A DNA stretch of 64,000 nt from Trichoplax sp. H2 (lineage: Eukaryota), in NCBI GenBank assembly GCA_003344405.1, contig NOWV01000023.1, forward strand, positions 620,001 to 684,000, in the 5' to 3' direction. The position numbers and the translations under genes were made by a program. Below are positions 55,387-64,000 of this stretch, in pieces. How positions within the stretch are numbered: position 1 is the stretch's first letter; each line of letters opens with the position of its first letter. The notes under the pieces were generated by a model. The model was not told the origin of the DNA and did no database searches. It was given only the letters and a program-made list of their open reading frames with translations.

Positions 55387-58300
55387 GTGCTTTAAAATGG
55401 ATATGACCCGATTAGCTAACGCAAGCAAAAGAAAATTATCCAAAAATTAAAAGACAGTGATACAAACTAAACCAAGAGAAATTTTGGTACGTGATCAGAC
55501 AAGATAGTTGTACAACTAGTTTCTTTATGTGCGTATATTCTCAAAAGATATACCGAAGATGATATTATGATTAACTTGTTATTTAATTTTACTCACGAAT
55601 CAGCGAAGCTTAGAGGACTAGGTGAATAAGACATTCATAAGCCTAACTAAAAAATATAGCTTTGAATAATTTATTTTTATTTCTTGCTGTGAAGGTATCT
55701 TATATCTTGCTTTTATGTGTCGCCACTCAACTTGCAATCGCAATGCCAAGTTAGTTTAGACCAGTGTTGATCATATTAAAATCAATTTGATATACTTTCT
55801 TAGCAAGTCTTTTTTATCGGAAAAGGACTATTATTTTTATTATAAATCAAACGGCAAAGACACTGCGGGTTGATTTATTACTAGATTATCCTTCGACTGA
55901 TGTCATTACAATAACTTAATGGGTGTCTGGAATAATTTCGATTTAGCTGTAAATACGCTTCAGTAATCCTTTTCAAACGAGTATCGTACCATATATTGTT
56001 TACTAATATTCATTATAGCAAATTTGTATTGCTTTTATAGCTCATTATATGATTCAATCACTTTAAAAATTTGCTATACGAGGCATTGACCTGTCTAATG
56101 TGATTTTATTTCGGCCCGATGGCCTGCTCTAAAGTTAATAAATTTTATTTATATTCGGTAATACTGAAGCAATAGGGACATGACATGATCTAGAACGTTA
56201 AAGTACTGTATTTATCTTGTATGGCACAGTATATGCGCATGACAGTGAATATTATTTTTTTTACAGAGTTTATTGCCGCTTTACAGCATAAAAGTTATTG
56301 ACTGTAGTATCAGCAAGATTAATCAATATGGAATATTGTCTTTGATTGGCGCCATACGAATCCATCGTTAAAATTTATCTAATTTTAAGGCTAAATTGGA
56401 GATAGAACTATCTCAATCTTCTAGATTGCAACGATAACGATCAAATGGGAAATATATGAAGCTGTTTAGTTTTTTTATTTTCAAGTAAACTATGGTATTG
56501 AAAATTTAATATTTGTCAGTGTCTTGTTCTGTACCATAATATATTTAATTTGGTAGCATACAGACGAAAGATTTATTATCAATTATAATATTTAGTACGG
56601 AATAAATTCACTCAACTTGATACTATCGCGCATTATTGATAAAAATTTAATGTCTTAGTTAGTCATCAAATTATTTTCAACGACTACTGTAGATTTATTT
56701 GATATGGTATTTTTTTTGGAAGCAGATATGATCAAGAATAGGGCATAAAATATATTTTTAATGCACGGCATTAAGGATAATAAACAATTTTATAAAATTC
56801 GTTAATTTAAAATTTTTTGGCTGCTATACTGCTCAATGCAACAATAACTTCAGTACTAAATTGTAAAGGTATGCAATATTTGTTTCTTTAGCAACCATGG
56901 ATTACTCATAGTTTTCGTCAACTAGGTGTGAATCTTTTTTAGACAGCAGCCAACTAATTAAGCAGCCATGAAAATCAATGGATATGAGACAATAATATGA
57001 TAGAATAAGCCCTTGAACTGACTAAATTTTTTTTGTAGCGCTTTGATTAAGTTTATTCTCTTGCCTCTATATATATTCACAAGAAAATGAAGTCTTTATT
57101 GGAAATAAAGTCTGGCTAAATGCAATGATAATTAATAATTATTATAGTAATTTATAGGAGTACTTATATGAGTTCTGAAGTCTGTACTTTGATATTATGC
57201 TGATTTTGATTCATCTTATGCATTAAGCCGCAATTGTTAATTTTAGGATGTTAAGGAATTACGGCGCAGTATGAATGTCAAAACAAATAAATAAGTTGTA
57301 TAATAGTTGGTAATTTCAGTGATTTAGAGTGATGCCAATCATTTCTTTTTCTTGGAATTAAACATGTTAGAACGGACACGTTCAAGAATCTATAATTAAA
57401 CATCCTTTCAGAGCTTAGTTACGGTTTTAAAACTGCCTACAATCTTAGTTTTACCAATCAATTACCCGTAGCAATTCTAGAGAATGGACTTCGATGTGAA
57501 AATAATGTCCCAGTTTACTAAGTTATCATAAAATTTATTTTTAAAATACTTTCAAGTCTATAAAGTACTTTAATCATCATACCATGATTTTATTAGCAGA
57601 AAATACTAATATACTCCTAATTCGGTCATTTGATAACTTTAAAATGCTTAAGACCATAGCGGAATATCAATAAAGAAAAAACATAGAAAAATTAATACTG
57701 AATAAATAAACAAATTTTCAATTCAATTTTCAGTTGATATGCTCCCTTGCTTTATGCTCGCATTACATTTCGTATTAATCAACTAATATATATGGTACAG
57801 TATATAATTGTATCTAGATGAACAAGATATTTTTTGTCTGTATTTCAACCTTAATAAGCATAAGGTATTGATTCCTGTTGCTTATAATCATTTCTGTGGT
57901 TCGATAGTGTTGATTAACTAGTACTATAGTACGAGTGTACAATCTTTGTAATTTACTGAAAAACTTTATATGTTTGTCCTACACATGACAATAGAAATGG
58001 AAAAGGTGATTGCTTACTGTAGCTCGATATATGATTTATTATTTAATAATTACTACAATTAAAATTTAGGTTGTTAATGGAATGGCGACGTTAAGATGTG
58101 ACTTGTATTTTATCTCACTTTTAACATATGGAAATCTCCAAATTTGCGATTGATGATAAAGGAAAATATGATGATTTTCTACAGGATATGTGTAGCAAAA
58201 GCCATTGTTTCAGATTTAAATTGCAGTAGATGATACAAAGATTTGCTTGTATTGTAGGGGGTATTCTCGGTTTCATTAATTTAAAGATGTAAATGGGTGA

Positions 58301-61300
58301 TCCATTTCGCATCTAATGGCTAAGGTGTAAATCAATATCACGGAGGCAATGAAGATGACGTAATAAAAATCATTGAGACAACTATCTGTGTAACCAAATG
58401 ATCAATTCATTGTTATTGAGAAAAAAATTAATTAAATTTTCAATAAAAATTGTCAGATCAACATTAATAAAATATATTTAGGGTTTATATATATACTGAT
58501 ATCCTGGACTTTGGATACTAAATTAACAATGATGAAAATAGATTTTATAATTGATAACGGAATATAGACATTAGCGTTCATGGTATACAGCCAAAGTATT
58601 GCATAGACAATACATATCATTTAGAATCAATTTTAAATTTCAAAATTAGAACTGAAACTTCGAAAACAATCGATCATCAATATAGCACCAATTTTTAGCT
58701 TTCGAACGTGTCCAGTACCTGCAGAGTTAGCATCATTTTATAGTGTCCACTGATACCTGAATGCAATTTTATTTAAGATACATGTAAAGATCAATTTATT
58801 ATGAGATAAACTCTCGGTGATTGTAACATCTAGATTTATTAACAAATCTAAGCTACAGACTTATTTATTTAGATAAAGAAGCTATTGTATGATATTAATA
58901 GAGATGAAAAATTCATAAAATAGTGAGAAAATAAAAGCTACAATGTTACTTATTGTGGAAATAAGGAGCAAGTAGACAGTAAGTCTGGTAAACGATAACA
59001 ATAGAATCACACGATATCTGGAGAATAAAGTAATTATAAGTATTGCGTGACTGGAATGACTTAAACTCTATTTCCAGCGATAATAATTAATTAAAACGAA
59101 TACTCTTTTGCCAATACATGCTACTTTCTTATAGAGTATATATTTCTTAATGCGAAATAATGACGAATGAAAGATAGTCTGCTTATGCTTTACTTAGCAG
59201 CAAGGATAACAGTTGCATCTATTAATTTAAATGGTGTAGCGCTTTCAGTTGTTTCATTTAGTAATCCACTATATCAAATATGACGCTCTAGTAATCGCAT
59301 TTAAAATTATTTTGCACTATTGCACAAGTATACCCTGTGAATAAATTATTTCTGTATTGAATTAGTAAACAGAAATTAATTATTCCCAATCATGTACACT
59401 AATGTACACAAAGCTGATCCTGCTAGAATATCTTAATAGCTTAATAGCCAGGTTGCGATATGAAATTTGCTCGTAAAGTATTAACTTTATATTGATGTCG
59501 TAAAATTATATTGCAGCTATGATGATAAGTACTGGGCTATCGTAATTTTAATAAGATGCTTGATTGTTTTAATAAGTCAACAATTTGTTATATAGAGTAA
59601 TTAATCATTACTTCAAGGATATGTCTATTTCTAGTTTACTGATTTCACACGGAAATATACTGCATTATTCATTATTCATGGTTTGATTTCAGGTAATTAG
59701 CACCGATCCTGAAACATTGTGTGTATTCAATTCTTTAAATATAGGTTATGACGATACATTCTAATAAAATAAGCTGAAAGCAATATCTTCATTGAAGACA
59801 GAAACTATATAACCATATAATTTTTCATATTATTCACAGATGAGTGAGAGTCTTTGTCTGACTGTTAAACGAAAAACTTCGGAAATACCTAAATCAGGAT
59901 CGCTATTGTGTTGTTAATGTGCTTACTCTATACGATATCATGACAGTAGCAGCAGAATGAATTGGCTATCAAAATGGAGCGTGATGGAAACAAAGTTTTT
60001 CAATGTTTGGAAATACTGTAATAAAGTATCTATTAAAAAAAAACATAATCCCGTAGACATTCTTAATATTAAAGAAACTGCATTTCCGTTATTCGTCAGG
60101 CACCCCGAACATATCATATACAATTCTTTATAAATTGCAGTTCTGATTGCGTGATCTTATGTGCTTATGTTACTTTACTGTCTAAGTGATAAATAGAACA
60201 GTTATTGAAGTGGTGAATTGCAGATTTTTCGATTTAATTACAGTTTTATGCCTTCGGGAGGTCGACAGTATTTAAAGTCGTACTAAAGGTGGATGCCCGG
60301 GAAGATGAACTTTACGCTTGGCTGGGAGCCTGGACATTATTGCAGTGGTATACTACTGTACTGTAGTTGGAGTTTTAAATTTTCCCAATACAAATTTCGG
60401 TTTGTAACACATCTCATTTTAAGTTCAAGTGGAGACAAAAGTTTTGAGAGTGATTCGTAGTTATTTGAATGCCTTCTTAGAGTGAAGATTTTTCGTAAAA
60501 TTGTACTTGTCTTGTTAAGAAGTTTATCAGCGAGACAATCGCTAGAAGGGTAATTCTAGATACGCAAGCGACTAAGGAAGTCCACAAACCTGGCGTTAGC
60601 ATTGTACCACATAGTAAATTGTGCCAGTTACAAGCACGAAAGCGTTTCTACTGTAATTATTTACCGTAACTCTTAATTAAGTTTTTAAGCTATGAATGCG
60701 CTTTCAAGATATCAATTTTTCGTTAGATGTATTCGATTGTTTTGTATCTGTGCCTTAATTCCTTATACAGCTCGTGCGTGCTGTTACTTCAGAAGTACTT
60801 TATTCGCTGCTTATTTCGATCTTTTACTTTGAAATTTTGTGGCGTAGTAGGATACAACGAAATGTCGCAAGACTTTGAGATAAGTCGAGATTTTTGCCTA
60901 GCTACTGGCTATCTTTCACACATCCTGCTGTGCGTCGTTACTATACGCTAATTAATGCATACTACAAGCATGCGAAGTATCATGCGTAAATTGAGCTCAA
61001 TAGTTATAGTTAAGTAGACTATACACGTTAATTAAAAAGTTGTTTGTCCGGTAAAATATAGACCAGTACTGATTATATCAGTACGGAAACAATTAGGGTA
61101 TAATTATTGTAAGAGCAATTCTACTTGATATCAAGTTAGAAAGTAGATTTGCTGCATTAACGAGCGGAAAGACTCCTATTTTGCACTATCTCCTTGTGTC
61201 GCAGACTCATTCGTGACATTATGCTACAATTTCAATTAATTCATTCAAAATATTGCTTTCGAAATCAGTCACTAAAATAAATTGAGTAGCGAACATTCTT

Positions 61301-62519
61301 GAGTATAGGCGTGCTCCAATTTATACTCGTTAGCATTTTTTTGAAAGGCAATTTGCGTGCCGTTATTGAATTTATCGTAAAGTATACTTGATGAATGAGA
61401 GTGCAGGACTCAAATAAGCAAAAGGACGTCATATCCACCGTATATCTTTAATAGGGATGATTATTCTCGCAAATTACGGACTACATGATGAGAATTTCTA
61501 ATTTAAAGGAACACTTAAGAGGTGAGGGATTGCAAAATGCAAACTATCGATTATAATCACTACCAATAATGTGCAGGCAGACTATTCTGCTGTGTTGCAT
61601 TCGGATAACGTACCCAACGTACTCGCAAAATTGAACAAAATGGTTGCAGATAGCTAAAGAAATGTCCATTTCGACAACCCACAGTAAAACAGCCTCCATA
61701 ATTCTAGAATTTTTCTAGTAGAGAGACGTGGGAAAGTTTGAAAATAAATTGTCAAATGTGAATGAATAATGAAACCTAAAGTGGAGTCTTGAATCTTGAG
61801 GTCAAGATTTGACAGTTTTTACTATGGAATGCTAAACCTTTTGAAGATTTCTTTGTGAACTTTACCATATCATTGGCAGATAGATCGTTTGCAGTCCTTC
61901 TCAATTCTCATAATCTCTCTCTATTACTGTAGCATGGACATCGAGGTAAGGGAAAAAACTCCTTTTTATGCTTTTGATCTGTATCATAGCGCACATTTAC
62001 AGCTGCCATCGATAAATCTGAGATAGCAGTAGATGAACTCGCACTTTCTACCAGAGTACTCAGTACAGAAATTTGTAATAAAGACCCATAGAGGTAAGAA
62101 ACAACCTCTATGTACTGTATTGTATGGTAGATAGTAGAGACCATACTGTAGACTTGCAAGAAGAATACCTGGAGTGAAACTCTTTTTGGACGGACAGACA
62201 TTTGACCTATTGTCATCTGGTCAACATATTGTATTCAACACTTGATTATTATAACCACTTGTAAAGAGTGCTTTAGTAAGGAGATAGTCGATTCTAAATT
62301 GGCTCATTTTTTCTAAATTAAGTAATTCTACATTGCATTCCATTGCCTGTTGCTAAGCTCTGCTTGAAGTTAGTAACCTTAGATCATCAATGTTATCCAA
62401 ATCAATACGAGTGATTTAGAAAACAGTCATGGAAGATCCATACTGAGTACAGTAGCTATTTTTCGACCTCATCTGGTAAGGGAAGTCCGTCCATCCGAGA
62501 AGTGTGATGTGCTGTTAAG

Positions 62520-63430
62520 TGTACAGTACAGTACAGTGTACGGTACACAGACTAGACACCCTCTGTAAGGGTCTCTATCGTACAGTACGCTAGAGCCTCT
62601 TTAAAGAGAGACATGACAATCTGTTGTTATAATAGACGACAACTGTCCTCTCTAGAGACCCTTAAGTTAATGTACACTTGTACAGACAAGCGAAAGGAAA
62701 CCTGGATAGTTCCAACCAGTGCTCCGTACAATCCTATTGTTGGCTCCAACCAGAGGCTAATATCAGCACTGAAAACTAAAAAAAGAAGTTGCGTAGTCCT
62801 AGTCCGTACACTCACCTAAATGAGTACAGTACTGGCTGCTTGCAGTACTGACAGAGTACAGTACAGCTGTACAGTACAGTACTGAACTGACTGAGTACCG
62901 TACTGACTGAAATTTCACTTAATAATGTACCTGTACTGTACACTGTATACTGTACAGTACTGTAGAGTCAAATTATTTTAAGTAGAGTTTAACGTATAAA
63001 TTGATATTTTTACAATTTTTATTACGATATTTGAATTTTGAATTATCTAGGCTATCAATTGATACCAAATTTGTCTAATTTTATCCTGAAATTATGTTTC
63101 CATATTATTTCAATCAGACGGAATTTTTTGGAGTGTCTTCTTTTAGTACTGTACAGTGTACAGTAGTCCATGACAGACTGCTGTACTGTACTGTGTACTG
63201 TGTACAGTGTACAGTGTACAGTACGTACTGTAAGTACTGTACTGTACTGTAGTGTACTGTAAGTACTGTACTGTACTGTACTGTACTGTAGGGTGAAGTT
63301 TAAATTCTACAGTACTATGTCTTGCTTTCCCGACCGTTGCTCCAAATGAGCTGGCGGACCATTTAAAAAATAAAAAATATAAATAAAATAATTAATTATA
63401 CAGTATGTACTGTACAGTGTACAGTGCGTA
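62520..63430. repeat. Patchy TACTG/CAGTA (TGTAC/GTACA) pentamer simple-repeat field
   Basis: Runs such as GTACAGTACAGTACAGT (62521), CAGTACAGTACTG (~62872) and (TACTG)n (63180-63290), in both orientations. Confidence 0.85.
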
Positions 63431-63685
63431 TAGTAATATCGTTAAGGTACATTGATTGTATGTTATAGTTATAATTTACATTAGTATATTCAAAATCGAT
63501 TTCCCTTGGTGTACAAGTACAGTATACTGTGTATTAGTGACTGACGACTGTATTCGTTATTTTTTAGATGTTGAGATATCAATGTTGCCCAGCTGTTCAA
63601 TTTCATAAGTAATTTTACAAGTGCAGACCTTGGATACCGCTGAAATTAACATCAAAAGGAGCTAAATCTTGGCTTTTATTTAATC

Positions 63686-63765
63686 ATGCAATTTGATCGA
63701 TTTGGATTTGCTATTTATGGAAATACGGAAGAATCGCAGGACGACATTCGATATCATGATTATGA
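63686..63765 (+). CDS. Possible first coding exon of a gene running off the window (D-x-F-G-F motif as in TBC/RabGAP N-termini)
   Basis: ATCATG start, in-frame upstream stop at 63647, peptide MQFDRFGFAIYGNTEESQDDIRYHDY, then donor GA|GTTAGT; upstream acceptor TTTTTAG at 63567. Only 26 codons, so identity is tentative. Confidence 0.4.
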
Positions 63766-64000
63766 GTTAGTGAAAGAAAGATGAATGACGAATGCATTAT
63801 AAATATCTTCAACTCTTAACTTGCATAAAAGTATATTAATTTTCAAGATTAACTCGATTATGCCAATTAGTACCGCTGTAGGATAATGTTTAGGCCTGAT
63901 AAGGTTAGATGTATACGGGCACAAGTATTAATTACAGTAAATGGGATAGACAAAAAAAGAATTGCCATCGGCCGTACCATATCTCATGCAGTATGCAATG

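Overview
AT-rich eukaryotic (animal) genomic DNA with short GT-AG introns; no prokaryotic features. The compact introns and an intronless-CDS, ectodomain-less LGR-type GPCR suggest an early-branching metazoan such as a placozoan (inference). Contents: (1) 1-11.3 kb, three tandem 4-exon alpha/beta-hydrolase genes (DUF1057-like, + strand); copies 1 and 2 lie in a ~4.9-kb duplication. (2) 14.6-27.6 kb, a ~39-exon DCDC1-like gene (- strand, ~1,930 aa when spliced by hand) with a near-perfect RFX X-box beside its putative non-coding first exon. (3) A ~26-kb gene-poor interval whose only clear gene encodes a 144-aa Brinker-DBD + CENP-B-HTH protein with no DDE domain, probably a domesticated pogo-derived DNA-binding gene. 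(4) A rhodopsin-family GPCR (- strand, 54.4-55.4 kb). (5) A TACTG/CAGTA simple-repeat field and a possible first coding exon at the right edge. I found no tRNA, rRNA, snRNA, CRISPR array or intact transposon. Exon coordinates were read by eye and may be off by a few bases. Family assignments come from motif recognition, not database searches.
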